Source of the DNA: Patescibacteria group bacterium
GTDB lineage: Bacteria; Patescibacteriota; Minisyncoccia; Phycocordibacterales; UBA918
Reading direction: 5' to 3'
DNA length: 52,231 nt
Assembly (NCBI GenBank): GCA_038061715.1
Contig: JBBTYP010000011.1
Span: 1-52,231, forward strand
In this document: positions 37,225 through 45,708 of the stretch, piece by piece
Layout of the letters: each line of letters opens with the position of its first letter
Numbering within the stretch: position 1 is the first letter of the stretch
Made by a program: the position numbers and the translations under genes
Notes under the pieces: model-generated
Seen by the model: the letters and a program-made list of their open reading frames with translations, nothing else
Databases searched by the model: none
Told to the model about the DNA's origin: nothing

Positions 37225-38565
37225 CTATTCGTCTAGTTGTGAAAGCAGGGTGTCGATTCGATTGATATCCCGTGGGAATGGCACAGCTTCTTTGACATTC
37301 GGAAGCTCAAGCATTCGAGAGGTAAATCGCTCCAGGCCGGTTGAACAGCCGCCGTGTGGCGCTACGCCGTATTTGTGGTGCATTAAGTAGAAGCCAAATT
37401 TATCAGGGTCAAGGTTGCGACGTTTCATCTTGGCTACCATCGAGTCATATTCGTGATAGCGCTGAGCTCCACTATTTATTTCAAGACCGCGGAATAGAAG
37501 GTCGAAACTGCGACATAGTTCAGGTTTTTCTGGTATCTCAAGCGAGTAGAAGGCTCTCTTGTCGGTTGGAAACTCAGTAATAAATACAAAATCTGAATTA
37601 TGTTTTGCTTTGGCCCATTCACAAATCTTTCGTTCATGCTCCGGTTCCATATCAAGTTCTCCAATAGCGTCGATTCCGTATTCTTCTTTAAGAATTGTTT
37701 GTGTCTCAAGTAGAGTCAGTCGCGGGTATGGTCCTTCTGGCAATGCTGGTGCTGTGGTGTTAAAGCGACTAAATACTTCACTGTGTTTAGCTACAACAGA
37801 ATTAACCACCTCCCTAGTCACTGCCTCAAGTTCATTCATCACGTCATTATGGTCTTTGATGAAGCCCATTTCGAAGTCCATTTGGGTAATTTCTGCTAAG
37901 TGCCTTGTGGTAGCTGATTTCTCAGCGCGGAAAATTTTAGCAATAGTGAAAACGCGCTCAAAGGCACCGGTCATAATTTCTTTGTAAAGCTGGGGGCTGG
38001 TAGCGAGATTAGCGGTGCGACCGTTGAAGTATTCAACTTTGAAAACTTCAGCACCACCTTCAGCATCACTTCCAACCAGTGATGGTGACTGAAATTCTAC
38101 AAAGTCCCGCTTAATTAATGCATCCCGGTAGGCTTGCACGATAGTAGCTGACACTTTGAAGATGTCTTGTGCTCTTTGCATTTTTAGCGTCAGTGGTCTG
38201 TTATCCAAAACGGTTTCTAGTGAAAGTTCACCGTCTAGGTCAAATGGCATTGGGGCTGAAGCATTAAGTACTTCGATACTTGTGATTTCTAGTTCGATGT
38301 CGCCATTTAGCACGTTTACGTTGATCATTTTCTCTGGACGTTGATTAATTATTCCCTTCACTGCCACGGAATACTCAGCTCCAATATCCTTGGCTATTTC
38401 AAGTACTTCCGGTTTACCAAAAACCACACCTTGAATGAGCGAGCTGCGGTCGCGAAAATCAAAGAAGGCCATCTTGCCTTGGTGGCGGGCGACATTCACT
38501 ACGCCATTAATCAGCACCTCGGTACCGACGTAGTTTTTTAAGTCTTTTATTAGTGTTCTTTCCAT
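37225..38565 (-). CDS. aspS: Aspartate--tRNA(Asp/Asn) ligase, short non-discriminating (archaeal-like) type
   Basis: 446 aa, no GAD insert; LATSPQLYKE, FRAEKSATTRH, EINSGAQR, PHGG..GLER, PFPRD. Confidence 0.9.
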   Translation of the reverse strand: MERTLIKDLKNYVGTEVLINGVVNVARHQGKMAFFDFRDRSSLIQGVVFGKPEVLEIAKDIGAEYSVAVKGIINQRPEKMINVNVLNGDIELEITSIEVLNASAPMPFDLDGELSLETVLDNRPLTLKMQRAQDIFKVSATIVQAYRDALIKRDFVEFQSPSLVGSDAEGGAEVFKVEYFNGRTANLATSPQLYKEIMTGAFERVFTIAKIFRAEKSATTRHLAEITQMDFEMGFIKDHNDVMNELEAVTREVVNSVVAKHSEVFSRFNTTAPALPEGPYPRLTLLETQTILKEEYGIDAIGELDMEPEHERKICEWAKAKHNSDFVFITEFPTDKRAFYSLEIPEKPELCRSFDLLFRGLEINSGAQRYHEYDSMVAKMKRRNLDPDKFGFYLMHHKYGVAPHGGCSTGLERFTSRMLELPNVKEAVPFPRDINRIDTLLSQLDE

Positions 38566-38662
38566 ATATTTTTATCGTAGAAACGTCCAGCAATTTCGGG
38601 CGGGCTAAAGCCCGAAACTGGGACATAAATTAGCAATAGTCGCTTGCGCTCGTTTGCTCATT

Positions 38663-38820
38663 CAAATCGTTCCTACATACATATTAGATTAATAATACGA
38701 ATGCAGGGGCGATTACAATCTTGTGATTGCTCGCGGTGCCACCCTACTTCCCGACTGGTGTGCCAGTGCGGCTTGGTTTACTCATTTAACCTCCACAGTG
38801 TCAGCTGTTTCTTCGGTATC
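38663..38820 (-). promoter_or_regulatory. T-box riboswitch (Asp specifier) in aspS leader
   Basis: AGGGUGGCACCGCG...UCGCCCCU antiterminator (38705-38745); K-turn Stem I 38789-38817 with apical GAC (38800-38802); competing hairpin 38666-38713. Confidence 0.8.
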
Positions 38821-38825
38821 TATAT

Positions 38826-38854
38826 AGATTAGTATTGATTATTGGTCTGGTCAA
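38826..38854 (-). promoter_or_regulatory. Sigma70 promoter of T-box/aspS
   Basis: TTGACC-17 nt-TAATCT placing TSS just before Stem I. Confidence 0.6.
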
Positions 38855-38857
38855 GCA

Positions 38858-39190
38858 CTACTCTACTACAGTCATACGTAAATACGGCCGCCCATCACGC
38901 CAGTAATCAAGAGCAAAATCCTTATTTGAAAAAGGGTCGTGCGGCGCTCTATCTAGTTGAAATTTATTTAAAAAGTTCTCGTAGGCAGTCTCAGTTTCTG
39001 CGTCCTCTCCTGCATCGTTAATTAAAAAAATGGCGATATCAGTATCAGAATTTGGGACACGCTCTACTCTAGCCTTCGAACCAAGTTTCTCGCAGGTTTG
39101 TGAAAAGTAATCTAAAGCACTTCTAACCAAACCATTTTTAATAGTATCTTGTCGCTTCCCTACTTCAAATGGAGAATGGTTATACTGCAC
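38858..39190 (-). CDS. Hypothetical protein
   Basis: 110-aa ORF directly downstream of trpS. Confidence 0.6.
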   Translation of the reverse strand: MQYNHSPFEVGKRQDTIKNGLVRSALDYFSQTCEKLGSKARVERVPNSDTDIAIFLINDAGEDAETETAYENFLNKFQLDRAPHDPFSNKDFALDYWRDGRPYLRMTVVE

Positions 39191-39198
39191 TATCTTAA

Positions 39199-40152
39199 TT
39201 ATAGCGCAATTCCAATGGCTTGACGCACTTTTAGAAGAGTTGCGCCTGAAACTGTCTTGGCTCGAATTGCCCCGTCAGCAAGAACGGACTTCACTTCGGT
39301 ATCAGTGATCTCATTTCTCTTTTTGCGCAAAGGGGCAATAAAAGCTTCAAGATCGGAAATGAGAAGTTTTTTAAGGTCACCATAACGACCTTTATGTGCC
39401 TCATAGATGGGGTCAAGCTCTTCGGTTGGCTTTAGCAGCCGGTGTATAGCGTACACATTTTCTGGTCGTTCACCTGAAGAGTCGGTCACAATACTCATTA
39501 CCGCCTTCTCAATTTCCTCTTTACTACCAAAGAGTGGAATAGTATTACCATAACTCTTACTCATCTTTTGGCCGTCAGTGCCAGGGACTACACCCACACC
39601 ATTTAATATCATTTCAGTTGGCTCCTTAAGATAGTCGCCATAAGCACGATTAAATTTGCTTACAGCCTCACGCGCATACTCGATGTGCTGCCGCTGGTCT
39701 TCACCAACCGGTACGATGTCTGTGTCGTAGAGCGCAATATCAGCCGCCTGCAGAATCGGATAGGTAAACAAGCCCGCATTGGCATCAAGTCCCTTGGCCA
39801 CTTTATCTTTGTATGAGTGAGCCTGCATCAAAAACGGTACAGTCACCATACAGTTGAGCACCCAACCTAGCTCCAGATGGTCCTGATTGTCTGATTGACG
39901 AAAGATGACTGCTTTTGCTGGGTCTACGCCCACAGCCAGATAGTCCTTTACCACGCTAATGATGTTGTTGTGAAGTGCTTGTGGGTCACGGAGCGAGGTG
40001 AGAGCATGGTAGTCCGCTACCATAAGGAAACTGTCGTATTCTTCGTAGGTATCGACAAATGGCTTCAACGCCCCAAAGTAATTACCAATATGAAGAGTGC
40101 CAGATGATTGTAAACCAGTAAGGAGCCGTTTTTTGCTGTTAGACATAGCCAT
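39199..40152 (-). CDS. trpS: Tryptophan--tRNA ligase
   Basis: TGLQSSGTLHIGNYFGA, YPILQAADI, VPVGEDQRQH, KMSKSYGN. Confidence 0.97.
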   Translation of the reverse strand: MAMSNSKKRLLTGLQSSGTLHIGNYFGALKPFVDTYEEYDSFLMVADYHALTSLRDPQALHNNIISVVKDYLAVGVDPAKAVIFRQSDNQDHLELGWVLNCMVTVPFLMQAHSYKDKVAKGLDANAGLFTYPILQAADIALYDTDIVPVGEDQRQHIEYAREAVSKFNRAYGDYLKEPTEMILNGVGVVPGTDGQKMSKSYGNTIPLFGSKEEIEKAVMSIVTDSSGERPENVYAIHRLLKPTEELDPIYEAHKGRYGDLKKLLISDLEAFIAPLRKKRNEITDTEVKSVLADGAIRAKTVSGATLLKVRQAIGIAL

Positions 40153-40193
40153 ATACTACCAAAAAATCACTATTTTTTCACTAAATCTTACAC

Positions 40194-40231
40194 AAAAAAA
40201 GGGCCTGCGGAATGTGTATTGCGCAGGCCCT
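40194..40231 (-). terminator. Terminator of GNAT gene
   Basis: AAAAAAAGGGCCTGCG...CGCAGGCCCT. Confidence 0.75.
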
Positions 40232-40236
40232 CGATC

Positions 40237-40821
40237 CTAAAACAAAAGATTGTCTTGGTGCTGTTCACAGAAAATCTTCCAAATCGGAAGCCAGTCCTCT
40301 TTAAAAACGGCTAATTGAATAACGTCCCAGTAATCTCCTTTGGCAAAATGTTCTTGTTTTTTCCTGCCTTCTATTTTGTAGCCGCATTTTAAGCTGTAGC
40401 TAGTGCTACGTTCATTAAATGCGATTACTTGAGAGCAGATTTTGCGCAGGTTGAGCGTGTTAAAGGCATATTCAAGCAAAAGCATCTTTGCTTCACTGCC
40501 ATAGCCTTTATTCCAATATTCAGGCTCGCCGATCAATGCTCCAGTTGTGGCGACACGATGTCGCATATTGATGCCGTGTATACCCATGGTCCCAATTGGT
40601 GTACCATCAACAACTAACATTACTACTATGTTATTGTCTTTTCTTGTCGACAGATCATTAATCCACACTACCTCTTCGCTTTCGATGGTCGGTAGATAAG
40701 CACTAACATATTGTGTGACACGCGGATCGTTTATCCATCTCGTTAGATGCGGAGCGTCGCTCAGTTGTAGCGGCCTAAGTACAACCCGGTTACTACGACG
40801 AAAAATCACTTCATTTTCCAT
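40237..40821 (-). CDS. RimJ/RimL-family GNAT N-acetyltransferase
   Basis: VVLRPL, YWNKGYGSEA, AFNTLNLRKI, N..S..Y..KCGY..EG; SD AAGGAG. Confidence 0.88.
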   Translation of the reverse strand: MENEVIFRRSNRVVLRPLQLSDAPHLTRWINDPRVTQYVSAYLPTIESEEVVWINDLSTRKDNNIVVMLVVDGTPIGTMGIHGINMRHRVATTGALIGEPEYWNKGYGSEAKMLLLEYAFNTLNLRKICSQVIAFNERSTSYSLKCGYKIEGRKKQEHFAKGDYWDVIQLAVFKEDWLPIWKIFCEQHQDNLLF

Positions 40822-40853
40822 TGTCAACTCCTTTTGTTTTGTAAAGAACTGCC

Positions 40854-41043
40854 AAACAAAAACCTCAGCTTCTGTTCAGCTGAGGAATTCCCTTTGGTTG
40901 GGTTGTAAGAAGTTAGATTAAGAAGATAGACAAACTCCACAGCTGGACATAAACAAGCGCTTGCGCTCGATATCTTTAACGGCAAATAGCCCACAAGTCG
41001 TGGACACGTACCATCTATTCAGCTGCGGTATATGCATGTGCAT
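40854..41043 (-). promoter_or_regulatory. Leader-peptide transcription attenuator (41-aa uORF 40918-41043 plus terminator 40854-40885)
   Basis: uORF MHMHIPQLNRWYVSTTCGLFAVKDIERKRLFMSSCGVCLSS; mutually exclusive CAGCTG-based 1:2, 2:3, 3:4 pairings. Confidence 0.6.
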
Positions 41044-41047
41044 AATT

Positions 41048-41082
41048 AAAAGTTAACACAATATTGCATTGTGTCAACTTTT
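41048..41082. promoter_or_regulatory. Inverted repeat coinciding with the GNAT-leader promoter and the HK operon terminator position
   Basis: AAAAGTTAACACAAT-ATTGC-ATTGTGTCAACTTTT (14/15); minus strand TTGACA-16-TAACTT. Confidence 0.55.
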
Positions 41083-41098
41083 TTCATCCGATATACAT

Positions 41099-42757
41099 TT
41101 ACATCACCATCGGTAGTTCAAAGGTGAAGGTGGAGCCTTTGCCGTCGCCTTGCGAGGTGCAGGTGATGCTGCCGCCCATTTGCTCGGCCATCTTTAGAGC
41201 GACGTAAAGGCCGAGGCCAGTGCCCGATGTGTTTACTGAGTTGGCGTTGTCGGCTCGACTGAATTTGCTGAAGAGTTTAGAGATAGTCTCTTGGCTCATG
41301 CCGATGCCAGTGTCGGTGATATCGATGTAGATTCGCTTGGTTTTCAAGTCATCGCGGATAAAGACGCTGATTGAGCCTTTTTGCGTGTATTTAATCGAGT
41401 TATTGACGAGATTGTGGATGATTTGGTTGGTCTTGCCAATGTCGGCGTTCACAATTCCCTTTCCTTTCAGGTCTGAACGGAAAAGAAGGATGAGACTACG
41501 CTTCAGTGCCTCGGGGCGTAAGTCGTCACAGAGCTTACTGGTCATTTCAAGAAGGTTGAAATCACTGAGGTTGTACTTCATATTCCCGCTCTCAATCCGT
41601 GAGACATTCAGGTAATCCTCAATCGACATAGCCATGAGGGCGGTTGCTTCTTGTACTCGTTTTGCAGCGTCAAGCGCTTTCGCTGGTAACTGACCAAAAC
41701 TACCTTCCGCTAGCATGGAAGAGTAACCGCGAATAGCTGTAAGCGGACTGCGGAGCTGATGGGAAGCAATCGATACAAACTCCGATTTGGCTTTGTCGAG
41801 CTCCTTGAGCCGGACGTTTGCGGCTTCCAAATCTTTTGCCAAAAACTCAATTTTTTCACGTTGCATTGCTTCTCGCTTTGCGCCGCGGAGTAAAAGCACA
41901 CCAAAACCCAGAGTCACAACTGTGCTTGCAGAAGTAACACCGAATTCATATAAATCGTCGGTAAGTACTAAGTTAAAAATTGCAACAAGGACGAAAATCA
42001 GAAACAAAAATTTCGCCAGTACGAAACTACTCTGCTTAAAAGTGAAAGTACCTTGCTCAACGATATTAAAGGTTAGGATCAAAAGAAAAATAGGCAGGGT
42101 GAAAAGAGCGTAAAGATTTATCTCGTAGACTTCTGTTTGAGTTGCCACGTACTCTGATCCGGAAAATATCAAGAGAAAGGCCATCGTAGCGATTGTTAAA
42201 ACTAAAACCTGATTACGGTGCCGCTTGTCGCCCCAGTACTTTATTGTGCTAAGAATACCGGTTCCAAATATTATGGCTGTCGAAATAGTCTCGATAATGA
42301 CTTTGTAAATTGCTAAAAAATCATTGCCAGCCATTTCGCAATTTGGTTCGTTAAACTCTCCCACAGAGAGCCCCGAAACTGTTATCAGAAAAGGTATGAT
42401 AGCCACAATAACGGATAAGACACCCGCATAACTTGGCAACGTTGCGTTTCTTGTTGCTCTAGTAATAAAAAAGCATACAAGAGCCAGGTAAAAAAGAATA
42501 TTTATGTAATCTAATATCGACCAAGAGGCCGCTACTAAGTAATAATTATTTGAATGCCAAGCTATAAGGTCGGAGACAAGCCAGGCTGCAAGTAGTCCCG
42601 AAAAAAGAAAAAAAGTGTTCTCTGTCGCAGTGCGAACGTAGGTATTTTTTTTAATAAATATAACCAATACAAGAATCAGAAGTGCAGGAAGCAGGTGCGA
42701 ATAAAGAGCAAGTGATCGTAGTGAGTTTGTGGTTTCAAAACAGGTATTTAGATCCAT
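41099..42757 (-). CDS. Sensor histidine kinase with multi-TM N-terminal sensor
   Basis: About 8-9 hydrophobic segments, H-box SIASHQLRSPL, N-box NLVNNSIKYT, DTGIGM, GTGLGL. Confidence 0.92.
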   Translation of the reverse strand: MDLNTCFETTNSLRSLALYSHLLPALLILVLVIFIKKNTYVRTATENTFFLFSGLLAAWLVSDLIAWHSNNYYLVAASWSILDYINILFYLALVCFFITRATRNATLPSYAGVLSVIVAIIPFLITVSGLSVGEFNEPNCEMAGNDFLAIYKVIIETISTAIIFGTGILSTIKYWGDKRHRNQVLVLTIATMAFLLIFSGSEYVATQTEVYEINLYALFTLPIFLLILTFNIVEQGTFTFKQSSFVLAKFLFLIFVLVAIFNLVLTDDLYEFGVTSASTVVTLGFGVLLLRGAKREAMQREKIEFLAKDLEAANVRLKELDKAKSEFVSIASHQLRSPLTAIRGYSSMLAEGSFGQLPAKALDAAKRVQEATALMAMSIEDYLNVSRIESGNMKYNLSDFNLLEMTSKLCDDLRPEALKRSLILLFRSDLKGKGIVNADIGKTNQIIHNLVNNSIKYTQKGSISVFIRDDLKTKRIYIDITDTGIGMSQETISKLFSKFSRADNANSVNTSGTGLGLYVALKMAEQMGGSITCTSQGDGKGSTFTFELPMVM

Positions 42758-42766
42758 GGATACTGA

Positions 42767-43570
42767 TTAATTATAGCCCTTTTCCAAAAGTATTTCGCCT
42801 ATGGCGTTTGGATAACAATCCCAGTATATCCTCTTCTCTTCTTCCTTTGGTATTATGCGAATCACGAGAGGGTCAAGGCCGTAGGTCTCACATACTTTTT
42901 TAAATGAAGGCCTTGCAACTTTTGTAAAGAAATCTTCTTCTGTGGAGGAAGTGACAAAATTTTCGCATAGTACTGCGTCACGAAGAAACAAAGTCATCAA
43001 AGCTTCGTAGTATCTTGAAGCGTTATCTTCGTAATGTTTGAACCAGTCAGATAAGTCGATTGTGATTGAATCTGCCGAAAACAAAAAATATTTCTTAAAT
43101 AGTTCGTGGTGAAGAGAAAATAAAAGTTCTCCACTGGTAGTTCTCACATCAGCTAGAGGCTTACCAGTGTACATATTAAAATTAACAACTGTTTTGTAGG
43201 TGTAAGCGTCTACTCCCGTAGGGGATGTAAATTTAAAAATCGGCAGCTTCCCCAGTCCTCGCTTAAATAGGTTACTAGCACTTACAAATTTATCGGCCTG
43301 GTATTCAAAAATCAAAGGTTCGAAGGAGAGCTGTTTAGCTAGCTTCAAAAAACGCTCAGTTTCTGTAAGGGGTGAAGCGATTTGACGAAAAAGAACAAGC
43401 CGCGGTTTTTCAAAAACCTTTTCCAATTCTTCAGTCACTAGTATATTTTCACGTATACGCCTAAGAAGAGCCTGATTTTCTCGACGCTGCAGAAGTTCTT
43501 TTTTGGCACGCTCTATACTAGAATAACAGACATCGTACTCTTGATCGTAGGAGAAAAGAATGTCCTTCAT
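42767..43570 (-). CDS. Hypothetical soluble protein (enzyme-like, unknown family)
   Basis: 267 aa from MKDILF; 9 nt from the HK start and 8 nt from the upstream gene's stop. Confidence 0.75.
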   Translation of the reverse strand: MKDILFSYDQEYDVCYSSIERAKKELLQRRENQALLRRIRENILVTEELEKVFEKPRLVLFRQIASPLTETERFLKLAKQLSFEPLIFEYQADKFVSASNLFKRGLGKLPIFKFTSPTGVDAYTYKTVVNFNMYTGKPLADVRTTSGELLFSLHHELFKKYFLFSADSITIDLSDWFKHYEDNASRYYEALMTLFLRDAVLCENFVTSSTEEDFFTKVARPSFKKVCETYGLDPLVIRIIPKEEEKRIYWDCYPNAIGEILLEKGYN

Positions 43571-43578
43571 TTTATTTT

Positions 43579-43935
43579 TTATTCCGTGCAGACGTCTTCT
43601 TCGGACGCACCACATTCAATTCTTTCACAAACGCTCCCCTCCTCACATATATTTGAACAACTATTATCGCTGCATTGCTCGAATGCGGCAGCCGGAATGG
43701 TGAAAGCTTTGTAGTGTTCAAGTTCGTTAGGGGGGCAATATTCTTCACAATCCCTCAAAAAACAAATCTCAGAAGAAGGATCGCAAGCAGCTTCAATATA
43801 AAAGCTATAGTCCTTGGCAAAAATGAAACGAGTGTATGCTGAAAGGGTGATCAAGAAGATCGATATAATAATAAAACGTGTAAAAAGTCCTGTACCTGCA
43901 TTTTTGGAAAGAGAGCTATCGGTAATTTCAGTCAT
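43579..43935 (-). CDS. Small membrane-anchored Cys-rich protein (10 Cys)
   Basis: N-terminal TM; ACDPSSEICFLRDCEEYCP...CSDNSCSNICEEGSVCERIECGASEEDVC. Confidence 0.8.
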   Translation of the reverse strand: MTEITDSSLSKNAGTGLFTRFIIISIFLITLSAYTRFIFAKDYSFYIEAACDPSSEICFLRDCEEYCPPNELEHYKAFTIPAAAFEQCSDNSCSNICEEGSVCERIECGASEEDVCTE

Positions 43936-43988
43936 ATTAGTACCTATAGTGCCACGAATCGAGTCATTTTTCCAGCTTCAAGTGGGGT

Positions 43989-44885
43989 CTAAAGAACAAG
44001 AATTGCACTACCTATAAGGACACATGTGATACCCATAATTTTTCTCACCAGAGTTGATTTAGAATAGTCCTCTTCGATAGTTTCGAACCCAATCTGTGAT
44101 AAGACAAAGCCAATTATAATTATAAAGATAGGCTGATATGCTTCCGTGGTCTGGACCAGTGCAATCGGTGCCAGAAGAACAGCGAATCCAAAAAAAGTAT
44201 CACCAATTAGGGTCAGACTTTCGTTTGTAGCGTTTAGCGTGGTGCTTTTAAAAAAGTGTTCCTTTATAAATTGGTAAAATCGATGTCTAATACTTGGTAT
44301 TAAGACACAAAGCGCCAAACCAGTAAGAGCCATTCCTACTGATCTCCAGAACATTGAGTTCCAAAACTCATTTTCTAGGCTAGAGAACTTAAAAATTGTG
44401 TAAAGTAATCCGGTAATCGCGCTAGCTGAGATGGCGTAGAAGATGAGTTTAAAATTGAAGCCAGTTCCACCGCTATAACTCACTATCAAAGATCCTAGAA
44501 TTAAAAAAGCACCAGCTAATAGTTGTGCTGCGGTGAGTGATTCTCCTAAAATAAAATTACTAAAAAGAAGAGAGAAGAGAGGCGCCAACACCAGTAGGGT
44601 CATTACCACTGAGGCTTCGTCCTCAGTAAGAGCTTTTAAATAGAGAAAAACCCAGGCACTCATAAGAAGACCAGTGAACATTAGAAGAGTAGTTGTGGGT
44701 AGTTCAAAGGTTATAGGAGATAAGGTCACTGCAATTGGAAGCAGTATCAAAGGAAAGACAGTCGATGCAATGACCAGACCCCAGACATTACCGTCTTCAG
44801 CATGCTTATTAGTAAGATACTTATCTATTATATTAGTCAATGACCAGAAAAAAGCTGCCGCAATTCCATACAAAAAACCAACCAT
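43989..44885 (-). CDS. EamA/DMT family transporter
   Basis: 10 TM helices, NIIDKYL, FILGESLT, QPIF. Confidence 0.88.
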   Translation of the reverse strand: MVGFLYGIAAAFFWSLTNIIDKYLTNKHAEDGNVWGLVIASTVFPLILLPIAVTLSPITFELPTTTLLMFTGLLMSAWVFLYLKALTEDEASVVMTLLVLAPLFSLLFSNFILGESLTAAQLLAGAFLILGSLIVSYSGGTGFNFKLIFYAISASAITGLLYTIFKFSSLENEFWNSMFWRSVGMALTGLALCVLIPSIRHRFYQFIKEHFFKSTTLNATNESLTLIGDTFFGFAVLLAPIALVQTTEAYQPIFIIIIGFVLSQIGFETIEEDYSKSTLVRKIMGITCVLIGSAILVL

Positions 44886-44954
44886 GTTTTCAATTATAGC
44901 ATCACTAATTTGTAATCTTGCCCGCAGTATACAGTTTTTAGCTGACTATCGATC

Positions 44955-45440
44955 TCAAAGAATAAACAGTGCTACAAGAGGCAAAATTAGCCACCAGAAG
45001 AAGTATTCAGCGGGGGCGAAGAGGGATTGGATGGGGGTGCCGGGGGTGAGGAACTCAGTCACTGGTAGGACATGGAAGCTAAATACCATCACCAAAATAG
45101 TGGCGCAAAGTGAGAGGGTGAACTTCTTGGAAAAGGATTCTAGTTTCATCTCACGGAATTCATCGGGCATAATACGGAAACATAAAATTGTGGCTAGGAC
45201 GGTAAAGGCGAGGAAGACAATCAGCTTTGCCATCGAGACAGACACCGCGCCGCTGAGGCTGCCCAAGACAGCTTCGTAAAATGGAAATTCGACAGAAACA
45301 AGAAGTGCAAGGTAAAGACCAAAAATGATATTTATAACCGCTTGGCGGCCCTTAAAGATAGAAATAGAAAAAATAAAGCCAAGTACAATGAGGAGGTAGG
45401 CAATTTCTGATATAAAGTTGAGGAAAAAAGATGTGTCCAT
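44955..45440 (-). CDS. Hypothetical membrane protein
   Basis: 161 aa, about 5 TM helices. Confidence 0.75.
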   Translation of the reverse strand: MDTSFFLNFISEIAYLLIVLGFIFSISIFKGRQAVINIIFGLYLALLVSVEFPFYEAVLGSLSGAVSVSMAKLIVFLAFTVLATILCFRIMPDEFREMKLESFSKKFTLSLCATILVMVFSFHVLPVTEFLTPGTPIQSLFAPAEYFFWWLILPLVALFIL

Positions 45441-45708
45441 TTATTCCATTATATATCTATTATTTGATAATACTATACTAGCTGTGATTGAACTGAACTA
45501 TTATAGGGTCAAGTTTCTAACTATAATTATTCGCTACGCTTCAATTCTAGTAAGAACTTCCTCCGCGGGCTCGCAATCCACCACAAGGGTATTTCCGTTT
45601 TTATAGTTGGCAGGCCTCCTTAAAAACTAGGTCCGTCGCGCTAGGAATTGCGCTCCTCATATAGCTCCGCCTCATTTAGATTAAAAATCTTTCAGATTTT
45701 CTGAACGC

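Noticed and set aside
40153-40236. T-boxes before trpS, cysS or gltX
   Set aside because: No GGUGGNACC motif; these genes appear leaderless or operonic
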